Of a stretch of 64,000 nt of DNA, positions 9,497-19,093 are shown piece by piece. Every line of letters begins with the position of its first letter. The first letter of the stretch is position 1. Below the pieces are notes generated by a model. The model saw only the letters and a list, made by a program, of their open reading frames with translations, was not told the origin of the DNA and searched no databases. This DNA comes from an uncultured Flavobacteriaceae bacterium (lineage in GTDB: Bacteria; Bacteroidota; Bacteroidia; Flavobacteriales; Flavobacteriaceae). The stretch covers positions 77,854-141,853 of the forward strand of contig CAJJAZ010000004.1 of NCBI GenBank assembly GCA_905182295.1, given 5' to 3'. The translations under genes and the position numbers were made by a program.

Positions 9497-10684
9497 ATGA
9501 AAAAAACACACCACGTAGATGAAAATGGGTATTACGGCTCCTTTGGAGGCGCTTATATTCCTGAAATGTTATTTCCCAATACCGAAGAACTCAGGACCCA
9601 ATATTTAGACATTATGGGCTCTGAAAGTTTTAAAAAAGAATTTGACTATCTCCTTAGAGATTATGTGGGAAGGCCAACCCCACTTTATTTTGCAGAAAGA
9701 CTCTCTGCACTTTACAACACTAAGATCTATCTTAAAAGAGAAGACTTATGTCATACAGGAGCGCATAAGGTGAACAATACCATTGGCCAAATCCTGATGG
9801 CTAAAAGACTGGGGAAAACAAGAATTATTGCAGAGACCGGAGCAGGACAACACGGTGTAGCTACTGCTACTGTGTGTGCGTTAATGGGCATGGAATGTAT
9901 TGTATATATGGGCGCCGTAGATATTAAAAGACAGGCTCCAAACGTCGCTAGAATGAAGATGCTAGGCGCCACCGTTCGGCCAGCAGAATCAGGAAGTAAA
10001 ACCCTAAAAGACGCGACCAATGAGGCCATAAGAGATTGGATAAACAATCCGGTGAATACCCATTATATTATAGGTTCTGTGGTAGGGCCCCACCCTTATC
10101 CTGATATGGTGGCCCGTTTTCAATCGGTGATCTCTAAAGAGATCAAAAGCCAGCTATTAGAAAAAGAAGGACGAGAAAATCCAGACCATGTGGTAGCATG
10201 CGTGGGTGGAGGAAGTAATGCTGCTGGAGCTTATTACCATTTTTTAGACACCCCTGAAGTCAATATTATTGCGGTAGAAGCTGCTGGAAAAGGAATACAT
10301 ACAGGAGAAAGTGCTGCCACCTCTGCACTGGGAAAAGAGGGCATTATTCACGGGAGTAAAACGCTGTTGATGCAAACCCAAGACGGGCAAATTACCGAGC
10401 CTTATTCTATCTCTGCAGGCTTGGATTACCCTGGAGTAGGTCCAATGCATGCGCATTTGTTTGAATCTAAAAGAGCCGAATTTATTTCAGTAACAGATCA
10501 AGACGCTATGGCTGCTGGATTACTGGTATCTAAAATGGAGGGGATTATCCCTGCCATTGAGACCTCTCACGCTTTTGCCATTTTTGAGAACAGGCCCTTT
10601 GGTAAAGAAGAAGTGGTTGTGGTTAACTTATCTGGCCGTGGAGATAAAGATTTAAATACCTATATAGATTATTTTAAATTATAA
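9497..10684 (+). CDS. trpB: Tryptophan synthase beta chain
   Basis: [44 protein letters not shown]. Confidence 0.98.
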   Translation: MKKTHHVDENGYYGSFGGAYIPEMLFPNTEELRTQYLDIMGSESFKKEFDYLLRDYVGRPTPLYFAERLSALYNTKIYLKREDLCHTGAHKVNNTIGQILMAKRLGKTRIIAETGAGQHGVATATVCALMGMECIVYMGAVDIKRQAPNVARMKMLGATVRPAESGSKTLKDATNEAIRDWINNPVNTHYIIGSVVGPHPYPDMVARFQSVISKEIKSQLLEKEGRENPDHVVACVGGGSNAAGAYYHFLDTPEVNIIAVEAAGKGIHTGESAATSALGKEGIIHGSKTLLMQTQDGQITEPYSISAGLDYPGVGPMHAHLFESKRAEFISVTDQDAMAAGLLVSKMEGIIPAIETSHAFAIFENRPFGKEEVVVVNLSGRGDKDLNTYIDYFKL

Positions 10685-10693
10685 ATAAGCAAC

Positions 10694-11482
10694 ATGTCAC
10701 AAGCTACGCTCGTACCCAATAGAATTAATACCCGAATGGCAGACCCTAAAAAAGTCTTGTCCATCTATTTTACCGCAGGTTATCCTGAAAAAGAAGACAC
10801 GGTGAAGGTCTTAAGCCAACTGCAAGAATCGGGGGTAGATCTCGTGGAAATAGGACTTCCTTTTAGTGATCCTTTGGCAGACGGTCCAACCATTCAAGAC
10901 AGCTCCACAGCTGCACTAAAAAAAGGAATGAGCACCCAATTGCTTTTTAACCAATTAAAAGACATTCGAAAAAGCATTCACATTCCCCTAATTGTCATGG
11001 GCTATTTTAACCCCATGCTCCAATACGGTGTAGACGCTTTTTTGAGCGAGTGTGCCAAAATAGGAATCGATGGGATTATTATGCCAGACCTTCCTTTGGC
11101 AGAATACGAGCAGCATTACAAAAAGCTTTATGAAAAACACGGTATAAAAAACATTTTTTTAATCACTCCTCAAACCTCAGATGCGCGAATTAAAGCCATT
11201 GACCAGGCTTCAGATAGTTTTATTTATTTGGTGAGTACCGCTAGTGTGACTGGAAGTAAAAGTGGTTTTGGAGCAGAACAAGAAGCGTATTTCGAAAGAA
11301 TTGCCCAAATGAATCTCAAAAATCCTTTGGTGGTTGGATTCGGAATACATGACGCACATACCTTCTCACAAGCTACAAAACATACCTCTGGCGCCATTAT
11401 AGGCTCTGCTTTTATTAAGACCATCACTGAAAGAGGACTTGCTGGAATAGCCCCGTTCATAAAAAGTCTGCGACCAGACTAG
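10694..11482 (+). CDS. trpA: Tryptophan synthase alpha chain
   Basis: EIGLPFSDPLADGPTIQ, MGYFNP, VGFGI. Confidence 0.97.
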   Translation: MSQATLVPNRINTRMADPKKVLSIYFTAGYPEKEDTVKVLSQLQESGVDLVEIGLPFSDPLADGPTIQDSSTAALKKGMSTQLLFNQLKDIRKSIHIPLIVMGYFNPMLQYGVDAFLSECAKIGIDGIIMPDLPLAEYEQHYKKLYEKHGIKNIFLITPQTSDARIKAIDQASDSFIYLVSTASVTGSKSGFGAEQEAYFERIAQMNLKNPLVVGFGIHDAHTFSQATKHTSGAIIGSAFIKTITERGLAGIAPFIKSLRPD

Positions 11483-11568
11483 CTCAGGTTCAAAAAAATC
11501 TTAGCTTATTTATCACATCGCTTTTTTTATGCTCGAATATAAATTTTGACTGCTCAAAACCAAACCAA

Positions 11569-11808
11569 ATGAATTATTTTAAAAAATTTCTAATCAAAAA
11601 CCTGGGGCTTATAGCCCTATTAAGTGTCACCCTAGGCTTGGCTCCTTTTAACCCAGAACCTCATATCTGGGGTAAAATTAAATGGATCCAAGGCGGCGCC
11701 AAAGGCATGCAACTCATTGATTGGTGGGACACTTTTTTCCATGGCGCCCCCTTTATATTATTAGTCATCGCACTTATCTTTAAAGGGCTATCTTTATTGA
11801 CGAAATAA
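11569..11808 (+). CDS. Small membrane protein of unknown function
   Basis: Two hydrophobic segments, LGLAPF.PEPHIWGK and D.WD.FFHGAP motifs; A-rich start context. Confidence 0.75.
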   Translation: MNYFKKFLIKNLGLIALLSVTLGLAPFNPEPHIWGKIKWIQGGAKGMQLIDWWDTFFHGAPFILLVIALIFKGLSLLTK

Positions 11809-11826
11809 CATACAAATACCAACCAA

Positions 11827-13323
11827 ATGAAAAACCTCATCCAATTTCTATTCCTATTTTTCAGCGCTTTTAGCATTGCCCAGACACCCGCTGAAATCAA
11901 GGGTCAGGTGAGACATTCCATAGATGAACTTAGGGATTTTGTAGCCATTCCCAATGACGCTAATATGCCTGCAGATATTAACCGGAACATTACTTGGCTC
12001 ACAGAAAAATTTAGCGACAGAGGCTTCAATACAGCAGTACTTCCCACAGATGGTTTACCCCTTTTCTTTGCTGCCCTTCCAATGGATCCTGCTAAAAAGA
12101 CTTTGCTGTTTTATATGCATTTAGACGGCCAACCGGTGGCTCCAGAATTATGGGATCAGGAAAATCCTTATGAGGTTGTGCTTAAAAAACCAGTCGGTGA
12201 TCAGTGGGAAACCACTTCTTTTGAGGAATTGAATGAAGATATTCCTATGGATTGGAGGCTTTATGGAAGATCTACTTCGGACGACAAGGGACCTATTGTC
12301 ATGCTTCTAAACAGCCTAGATCTACTAAAAAAAAATATGATGGTTTTACCTTTCAATATCAAGGTGGTCTTAGACGGAGAAGAGGAAAAGAGCAGCAAGC
12401 CACTCGCTAAAGCAGTAAATACTTATAAAGACTTATTGGAAGCGGACTACCTGATCATTAATGATGGTCCTGTTCACGCCTCTGGACAGCCTACTATTGT
12501 GTATGGATGTAGGGGGATTACTACCTTGAGGGTGTCGACCTACGGTCCCATAAAACCACAACACTCTGGTCACTATGGTAATTATGCGCCAAACCCTGCT
12601 TTTGAAATGGCCCACCTCCTATCCAGTTTAAAATCTCCCGATGGAAAGGCATTGGTAACGGGATACTATGACGGTATTACACTGAGCGAATCCGATAGGG
12701 CTGTTTTAAAAGCAGTGCCCGACTCGGCAGAATACCTGAAAGAATTATTGGGGATTCACCAGCCAGATGCGGTGGGAGAATTTTATCAGCATGCGCTACA
12801 GTTTCCTTCCCTGAATGTGAGGGGAATGTCCAGTGGCTGGGTGGGAGATCAAGCCAGAACGATTGTGCCTGACAAAGCTACTGTTGAGATTGATTTAAGA
12901 TTGGTGCCTGAAACTGACGGTGCGCGCTTACAAAATCTGGTAGCGGCACATTTAAAAAAACAAGGCTATACTATTTTTAGTGAGGCCCCTACCAAGGCAG
13001 ACAGAATGACCTACCCCAAAGTGATCAGACTAGAAAAGGGATCTGTTACACCTGCTTTTAGAACAGATTTGAGCCTGCCTTTTGGGGGGCATTTAAAATC
13101 TTTATTGGAAGATAATTTCAATACTGAGGTGGTGCAAATTAGAACTATGGGGGGTACAGTGCCTATTGCGCCTTTTGTGAATGCCTTAAAAATACCTGCC
13201 TATATTTTACCTATGGTGAACCCGGACAACAACCAGCATAGTCCTAATGAAAACTTGAAAATTGGTCAGATTGAGTACGGAATAAAAACCTTTTACAGCT
13301 TATTGAGCAGTCCTTTTGAATAG
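11827..13323 (+). CDS. M20/M25/M40 family metallopeptidase, exported
   Basis: Signal peptide ending SIA-Q; YMHLDGQP, GRSTSDDKG, DGEEE, HSGHYGN, NNQHSPNEN. Confidence 0.92.
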   Translation: MKNLIQFLFLFFSAFSIAQTPAEIKGQVRHSIDELRDFVAIPNDANMPADINRNITWLTEKFSDRGFNTAVLPTDGLPLFFAALPMDPAKKTLLFYMHLDGQPVAPELWDQENPYEVVLKKPVGDQWETTSFEELNEDIPMDWRLYGRSTSDDKGPIVMLLNSLDLLKKNMMVLPFNIKVVLDGEEEKSSKPLAKAVNTYKDLLEADYLIINDGPVHASGQPTIVYGCRGITTLRVSTYGPIKPQHSGHYGNYAPNPAFEMAHLLSSLKSPDGKALVTGYYDGITLSESDRAVLKAVPDSAEYLKELLGIHQPDAVGEFYQHALQFPSLNVRGMSSGWVGDQARTIVPDKATVEIDLRLVPETDGARLQNLVAAHLKKQGYTIFSEAPTKADRMTYPKVIRLEKGSVTPAFRTDLSLPFGGHLKSLLEDNFNTEVVQIRTMGGTVPIAPFVNALKIPAYILPMVNPDNNQHSPNENLKIGQIEYGIKTFYSLLSSPFE

Positions 13324-13403
13324 GGATTGAACACCATAAAAATCTGATGCTAGGTATTTAACCGTCCTTTTAAACAGGGATTGCCTTATCTAAAAATATG
13401 TTG
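13310..13403. repeat. Degenerate 54-bp tandem duplication spanning the M20 stop codon
   Basis: GTCCTTTTGAATAGGGATTG (13310) vs GTCCTTTTAAACAGGGATTG (13364); TAAAAATCTGATG (13337) vs TAAAAATATGTTG (13391). Confidence 0.75.
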
Positions 13404-13432
13404 AAGTGGAACTGTCTTGAAGTGGAACTGTC
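13401..13432. repeat. Perfect 16-bp tandem repeat x2
   Basis: TTGAAGTGGAACTGTC twice, with no spacer. Confidence 0.9.
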
Positions 13433-13442
13433 TTAAAACAGA

Positions 13443-14204
13443 CTATCTCACAAAGACAGGAGCCATAGGATCTGTTGTCTCCTCTGGGCTATAGGCATAG
13501 CCGTCTAGGTTGAATCCTAAAATTCCATCCAGGTCTTGAATGTTGTTTTGAATGGCATAACGCACCATAAGCCCTCTCGCTTTCTTGGCATAAAAACTAA
13601 TGATCTTTAGTTTGTCATTTTTCCAGTCTTTAAATACTGGAGACACCACCTTCATTTGCAAGGATTTGGCATTTAGGGCAGAAAAATATTCGTTACTGGC
13701 TAAGTTTACTAATGTTTCCGACGCCTCCATTTGGGTATTCAAGTGGGCGGTTAAGGTATCCTTCCAAAAACTATACAGGTTCTTATGGGACCCAATTTCT
13801 AGTGAGGTTCCCATCTCTAAACGGTAGGCTTGAATGAGGTCTAGCGGTTTTAGCACACCGTATAAACCAGAGAGAATAACCAATTGATCTTGTAAGGCAT
13901 TCACTTCTTTTCCGCTCATTGAAAAAACGTCTATACCCTGATATACATCTCCACTGAAGGTATAAATTGCAGGTCTTGCGTTGTCTGGCGTAAATGGCAA
14001 TTTAAAATCCTGATTGCGCTGCCAGTTGAGCTGAGACAGTTTATCAGAAATGTGCATGAGTGTCCCAAGATCTGATGGTTTCTTTTTGGCCAATGTAGTG
14101 TTAATGGTCTTGGATTGATCTAGAAATAAGGGCTCACTGTATTGGGACGTAGGAAGTGCTGTTTCAAAATCTAAAGACTTGGCAGGCGATATAATGAATT
14201 TCAT
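13443..14204 (-). CDS. yaaA: Peroxide stress protein YaaA
   Basis: ISPAKSLD, FSGDVYQG, LSGLYGVLKPLD, YRLEMG, NLASNEY, AKKARG. Confidence 0.95.
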   Translation of the reverse strand: MKFIISPAKSLDFETALPTSQYSEPLFLDQSKTINTTLAKKKPSDLGTLMHISDKLSQLNWQRNQDFKLPFTPDNARPAIYTFSGDVYQGIDVFSMSGKEVNALQDQLVILSGLYGVLKPLDLIQAYRLEMGTSLEIGSHKNLYSFWKDTLTAHLNTQMEASETLVNLASNEYFSALNAKSLQMKVVSPVFKDWKNDKLKIISFYAKKARGLMVRYAIQNNIQDLDGILGFNLDGYAYSPEETTDPMAPVFVR

Positions 14205-14269
14205 AGCTAGCGAATTTTAGCATAAAAATACACGTTTTTAGGGATTTTTAAAACTCCTTTAAAAATAGC

Positions 14270-15409
14270 TTACTCTTGTTGGTGTTGCGCATAGGCGCGC
14301 CACTTTTCAATACACAATGCCATATCTTCTGGAATAGGGGTGTTAAAACGCATGAGCTCGCCAGAGCTCGGATGCACAAAACCGAGGGTTTTGGCATGCA
14401 AGGCCTGTCTTGGCAGGGTCTTAAATGCGTTGTCTACAAACTGCTTGTATTTAGTGAAAGTAGTTCCTTTTAAAATTTTCTCTCCACCATAACGCTCATC
14501 GTTGAAAAGCGTATGTCCAATGTGCTTCATATGGGCCCTGATCTGATGGGTTCTCCCAGTCTCTAAAATACAAGAAACAAGGGTGACATAACCCAATCTC
14601 TCCATGATTTTATAATGGGTAACTGCTTCTTTTCCTTGGTCTCCCTCAGGAAAAACAGTCATTTGCAACCTATTCTTTGGGTGCCTCCCTATATGACCTC
14701 TCACAGTCCCCTGCTCCTCTTCTACATTCCCCCACACAATGGCTACATACTCACGTTCAGACGTTTTGTCAAAAAACTGCTTGGCCAGGTGTGTCATAGC
14801 TTTAGCAGTCTTGGCAACTACCAATAAACCAGAAGTGTCTTTATCTATTCTATGAACAAGCCCTGGCCTGTCATCTGAATTTAATGGAAGGTCTTTTATG
14901 TGAAATAATAATGCATTAATTAAGGTTCCTGAATAGTTCCCGTGTCCTGGGTGCACCACCATACCCGGTGGCTTATTGACCACCATGAGATCCGAGTCTT
15001 CATATACTACGTCCAAAGGAATGTCTTCTGGCGTTAGGAGGAATTCATAGGGTGGGTGGGTGAACATCACCTTAATCACGTCTCCAGACTTCACCTTGTA
15101 ATTCTGCTTCACCACCTGTTCATTGACCCAAATATGGCCTTCCTTTGCCGCTTGTTGAATTTTATTCCTTGTAGCATTCTCAATGAAATTCATGAGATAT
15201 TTGTCTATTCTAAGTGGTTCCTGTCCTTTGGATGCTGTAAAAGCAAAATGCTCAAATAAATCTTCAGATTCCTGATCTTCAGGTTCCAAATCTTGAGATT
15301 CTTGGGCCCCTATAGACGGATCTTCTATTAAAGCTCCAGGATCTGATTGCGTATCCTTTGATGGGTTTTTAAAAGAATCTGATGGCGTATTTGAATCTGT
15401 TTGAGACAT
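14270..15409 (-). CDS. rluD: RluA/RluD family pseudouridine synthase with acidic N-terminal extension
   Basis: S4 domain, VNKPPGMVVHPG, GLVHRIDKDTSG, LETGRTHQIR, QALHA. Confidence 0.92.
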   Translation of the reverse strand: MSQTDSNTPSDSFKNPSKDTQSDPGALIEDPSIGAQESQDLEPEDQESEDLFEHFAFTASKGQEPLRIDKYLMNFIENATRNKIQQAAKEGHIWVNEQVVKQNYKVKSGDVIKVMFTHPPYEFLLTPEDIPLDVVYEDSDLMVVNKPPGMVVHPGHGNYSGTLINALLFHIKDLPLNSDDRPGLVHRIDKDTSGLLVVAKTAKAMTHLAKQFFDKTSEREYVAIVWGNVEEEQGTVRGHIGRHPKNRLQMTVFPEGDQGKEAVTHYKIMERLGYVTLVSCILETGRTHQIRAHMKHIGHTLFNDERYGGEKILKGTTFTKYKQFVDNAFKTLPRQALHAKTLGFVHPSSGELMRFNTPIPEDMALCIEKWRAYAQHQQE

Positions 15410-15473
15410 GGTTGCTGGTTTAAAAAAGTGTAGGAATAAAAAATTAGATATACTTTCTAATTTAAAACACTAT

Positions 15474-15553
15474 TTATTTTGGATTGACCTGGTTTAAATT
15501 AGGGGTGTTATTATTTAATCTGGGAGTAACTGGTTTAAATTTGGAGCGTCGTT
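15474..15553 (-). repeat. Degenerate duplication of the last 13 codons of the PASTA gene
   Basis: Gene end NDAPNLNQLLPD* (15553-15515) is followed by NNTPNLNQVNPK* (15512-15474); period 41 nt. Confidence 0.75.
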
Positions 15554-16111
15554 GTATGGCCTATTTCCATTTCCACAAATGAGTTCTATCCCAGACATCT
15601 TAGGCAATTTAAAACCAGGTTTAATGAGTTTATTATGGTACTTAACCCCATAGACCATATTCTTACCAAGGGCATCTATGTAAGTAACTTTTTCCACTTT
15701 TAAACCAACAGCTTGTAACTTAGAGGTGGCATTTCTTTGTGTTACTTGAACCAATTCTGGCAAACTTATATTGGCATAGCCAGATGGATTTACCTGCAAA
15801 TATATTTTCTTATTTGCTTTTACCTCGCTGCCAGCCAGTGGTTTTTGACTAATGACTACTTTTTTTGGAAAATCGCTTCTAAAATTAGCTGAGTCTATCA
15901 CCTGAAACCTCAATGATTGAGCGGCTAATATATTAGCGACCTCATTGAGGTCTTTTTTGCTCAAATCTGGTACTACAATATAATTGCCGTGTTCCGTTGT
16001 CCAAGCCAACATTTGCATACTGATGACCACAATAAGGAATAATGCCAGTAAGGCAACTAAGATTTGTTTTAAAAAAAACCGACTTTTTAAAAAAAGTATA
16101 CTATTTTTCAT
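15515..16111 (-). CDS. PASTA domain-containing membrane protein
   Basis: N-terminal TM, TEHG..IVVPDL, VISQ.P..GS.VK..KKIYL; start moved to ATG 16111. Confidence 0.88.
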   Translation of the reverse strand: MKNSILFLKSRFFLKQILVALLALFLIVVISMQMLAWTTEHGNYIVVPDLSKKDLNEVANILAAQSLRFQVIDSANFRSDFPKKVVISQKPLAGSEVKANKKIYLQVNPSGYANISLPELVQVTQRNATSKLQAVGLKVEKVTYIDALGKNMVYGVKYHNKLIKPGFKLPKMSGIELICGNGNRPYNDAPNLNQLLPD

Positions 16112-16194
16112 TGCGCTTAGCGATTGGCACAAAGATAGCAAAACCTTTGTGTTAGTAATTCCCAGTGCCCAATAAATTATAAAAGTGTTTTCCG

Positions 16195-17166
16195 ATGAAA
16201 AAAACCATTGCAGTGATTATGGGAGGGTATACCAGTGAATTTGAAATTTCACTGAAAAGTGGTGCTGTAGTAGCAGCTCACTTGAACCCTGAAAAATATG
16301 AAGTATATCCTATAGTGATCACAAAAAATAGGTGGACCTACACCACTGTTCATGGTGCCGTTTATCCTATTCAAAAGGAAAATTTCAGCCTTGAACTTCC
16401 TCACAAACAAGTGGTGTTTGATGGGGTTTTTAATGCCATTCACGGTAGCCCTGGAGAAGATGGGAAAATTCAAGCATATCTAGAACTTTTGGGTATTCCC
16501 CAAACTGCCTGCGATTTTTATCAAGCAGCGCTTACCTTCAACAAAAGAGATTTATTGAGTGTGCTAAAGCCCTATGGGATTGACATGGCGAAATCTTATT
16601 ATCTGAACTATGGTGACCCCATAAATCATGAGGATATTATTAAAAAAATTGGCTTGCCGTGTTTTGTGAAAGCCAACAGGTCAGGAAGCAGTTATGGAAT
16701 TAGTAAAGTGTATGCCCCAGATCAGATGGAGGCTGCACTAGAAATTGCTTTTAAAGAAGATAAGGAGGTGATTATTGAAGCGGCCTTAGTGGGAAGAGAA
16801 GTGTCTGTAGGAGTGATTCAATACCAAGGAGAAACCAAAGTATTGCCTATCACCGAAATTCTCAGTGAAAACGACTTCTTCGATTATCAGGCAAAATACG
16901 AGGGGAAATCTACAGAAATTACCCCTGCTGAACTTGAACCTGAACTTGAACAGAAAATTATAGCTATCGCCACATTTATTTACAACACTTTAAAACTAAA
17001 AGGTTTTACCAGGTCAGAATTTATTTTAGTTAATAATATCCCTCATTTATTAGAAGTGAATACAACCCCTGGAATGACCCAACACAGCATACTGCCGCAA
17101 CAAGCAAAGAAGGCTGGAATATCGCTTCCTGAATTATTTGAAAGTGCCCTTTTGGCCATACTGTAA
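16195..17166 (+). CDS. ddl: D-alanine--D-alanine ligase
   Basis: GG.TSEFEISLKSG, HGSPGEDG, GSSYG, FFDYQAKY, LEVNTTPG. Confidence 0.96.
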   Translation: MKKTIAVIMGGYTSEFEISLKSGAVVAAHLNPEKYEVYPIVITKNRWTYTTVHGAVYPIQKENFSLELPHKQVVFDGVFNAIHGSPGEDGKIQAYLELLGIPQTACDFYQAALTFNKRDLLSVLKPYGIDMAKSYYLNYGDPINHEDIIKKIGLPCFVKANRSGSSYGISKVYAPDQMEAALEIAFKEDKEVIIEAALVGREVSVGVIQYQGETKVLPITEILSENDFFDYQAKYEGKSTEITPAELEPELEQKIIAIATFIYNTLKLKGFTRSEFILVNNIPHLLEVNTTPGMTQHSILPQQAKKAGISLPELFESALLAIL

Positions 17167-17244
17167 TTTTTGATTGATTGGTGTTTGGAGGTGATCTAAT
17201 TACCTCAAATTTACTTACATGCTCATGCTTAAGGCTAAATTGTT

Positions 17245-17252
17245 TAATTTTG
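17245..17252 (+). promoter_or_regulatory. -7 box ending 5 nt before the coaD ATG
   Basis: TAATTTTG-atac-ATG. Confidence 0.65.
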
Positions 17253-17256
17253 ATAC

Positions 17257-17727
17257 ATGGATAAAAAAATAGCTGTTTTCCCAGGATCTTTTGATCCACT
17301 CACCCTTGGGCATTTAGATGTCATTCAAAGAGGCATTACCCTTTTTGACGCGCTCATTATTGCTATTGGGGTGAATACGGAGAAAAAGTATATGTTTTCC
17401 TTAGAAGACCGCTTAGAAATACTCCGTGAAACATTTAAAGACGAACCCAAGATTAGCGTACATACCTACAGTGGGTTAACGGTAGATTTCTGTAAAGAAA
17501 TTAAAGCAAATTTTATTCTTAGAGGACTTAGAAATCCTGCTGATTTTGAATTTGAAAAAGCCATAGCCCACACCAATAGAAAACTCTCTGAAATTGAAAC
17601 GGTTTTTTTACTCACCTCCTCGGGTAAATCATATATCAGTTCCTCTATTGTAAGAGATGTTATAAGACATGAGGGAGATTATTCTGGTCTAGTTCCTAAG
17701 GCCGTTGTAAATATTTCTACCCGCTAA
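17257..17727 (+). CDS. coaD: Pantetheine-phosphate adenylyltransferase
   Basis: FPGSFDPLTLGH, RGLR...DFEFE, ISSSIVR. Confidence 0.97.
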   Translation: MDKKIAVFPGSFDPLTLGHLDVIQRGITLFDALIIAIGVNTEKKYMFSLEDRLEILRETFKDEPKISVHTYSGLTVDFCKEIKANFILRGLRNPADFEFEKAIAHTNRKLSEIETVFLLTSSGKSYISSSIVRDVIRHEGDYSGLVPKAVVNISTR

Positions 17728-17775
17728 TCTAAAAAATTGGTTTTTATATGATAAAAAAAGGTTTGTGTAGCGAAC

Positions 17776-18360
17776 CTATTCGAACAACACCTTAATATTG
17801 GTGTAGGAATTCTGAAGGGCCTTTTTAATTTTATCTGGTCCCTTCCACTTCACTTTAACAATACCCTCTTCTAGTTGTCCCAACAAAGGACCTTTATAAG
17901 ATGTTTTCATGGCAAACCAGTGCACTTCTTTGAGCTTATAATGCCCGTTTCGTTTGAATATATGATAGGTAGTTCTCAGGAAGTTTTCAATCTCTAAGCC
18001 TTTTACACCGGTTTCTTCTTCCACCTCTCTTAAGGCGGCAGCTTCGATAGTTTCTCCCTTGTCTATTTTACCCTTGGGCAAATCCCATTTATCATTTCTA
18101 AATATAAAAAGAACCTTACCCTGAGGGTTGGTCACTACACCGCCTGCCGCAACTACCCTTGGTATGGTCTTAGAAAACTTGTTCAATATTTCTTCGTGAT
18201 TGGGGTGGTATATATAAGCTTTATCCAGCTTCTTTTTTGAAAGTGCTGAAATGGCCTTTTTAATGGCTTCCTCATTTAATGGAAAATAAGTGCTTTCTTC
18301 AGATTCAGCCAGTTTATTTGTCAGAATCATAGGAGATTCATTCACAAAAACTTTATACAT
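17776..18360 (-). CDS. NUDIX hydrolase
   Basis: Nudix box WDLPKGKIDKGETIEAAALREVEEETG; probable start MYKVFVN at 18360. Confidence 0.9.
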   Translation of the reverse strand: MYKVFVNESPMILTNKLAESEESTYFPLNEEAIKKAISALSKKKLDKAYIYHPNHEEILNKFSKTIPRVVAAGGVVTNPQGKVLFIFRNDKWDLPKGKIDKGETIEAAALREVEEETGVKGLEIENFLRTTYHIFKRNGHYKLKEVHWFAMKTSYKGPLLGQLEEGIVKVKWKGPDKIKKALQNSYTNIKVLFE

Positions 18361-18367
18361 TTGTGTC

Positions 18368-19012
18368 ATGATTTTAGATAGCGAAACCGCAAAACAAACA
18401 GCTGCACTATTATTACAAATTAATGCAATTAAGTTGAGACCAGAAAATCCTTTTTCTTGGGCCTCAGGATGGAAGTCTCCCATCTATTGTGACAACAGGA
18501 TAGTGCTCTCATTTCCAGAAGCAAGAAAATTTGTAGCCTCAAAAATGGCCGCTCAAATAAAAACACTTTATCCCAATCCAGATGCTGTAGCAGGGGTTGC
18601 TACAGGCGCAATTGGTATGGGACTTTTGGTTGCTGAAATATTATCACTCCCTTTTGTTTATATTAGACCTGAAGCAAAATCCCACGGAAGGCAAAACAAA
18701 ATTGAAGGGCAATTACAAGAAAATGCCAAAGTAGTGGTCATAGAAGACCTTATCTCAACAGGAAAAAGTAGTCTCAAAGCTGTTGAAGCACTTGAAGAGG
18801 TAGGCGCAGAAGTTATGGGAATGTTAGCTATTTTTACCTATGGTTTTGAAACCGCTGAAGAAAATTTCAAAAAACAAAATACCACCCTTCACACGCTGAG
18901 CGACTACAGTCACTTAATTACACAAGCATCTAACGAGGGTACTGTAAGCAGTGACCACCTAGACACTTTGAAAGAATGGAGAAAAAACCCATCTCACTGG
19001 AACCAATCATAA
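18368..19012 (+). CDS. pyrE: Orotate phosphoribosyltransferase
   Basis: WASGWKSPIYCDNR, VVVIEDLISTGKS; start moved to ATG 18368, preceded by TACATTTG 18356-18363. Confidence 0.95.
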   Translation: MILDSETAKQTAALLLQINAIKLRPENPFSWASGWKSPIYCDNRIVLSFPEARKFVASKMAAQIKTLYPNPDAVAGVATGAIGMGLLVAEILSLPFVYIRPEAKSHGRQNKIEGQLQENAKVVVIEDLISTGKSSLKAVEALEEVGAEVMGMLAIFTYGFETAEENFKKQNTTLHTLSDYSHLITQASNEGTVSSDHLDTLKEWRKNPSHWNQS

Positions 19013-19093
19013 TCCCAAAAGATAGTTTATCCGAGTAGTACATGCTTATGGAGACATACTGTGCTTCGATGAAACAAAAAAGATATTTACAAT

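Noticed and set aside
13401-13432. Direct repeats as a possible CRISPR array (also 43641-43690)
   Set aside because: Units are 13-19 bp, abut with no unique spacers, and no cas genes are present
18290-18483. Apparent 194-bp coding overlap of NUDIX and pyrE in the ORF track
   Set aside because: Artefact of longest-ORF start choice; family-like N-termini begin at 18360 and 18368
19013-19093. TTATCCGAG...GATGAA segment resembling SAM-I riboswitch ends
   Set aside because: Too short, lacks the conserved core (GCAACC, GTGC, kink-turn), and the downstream gene is unrelated to sulfur metabolism
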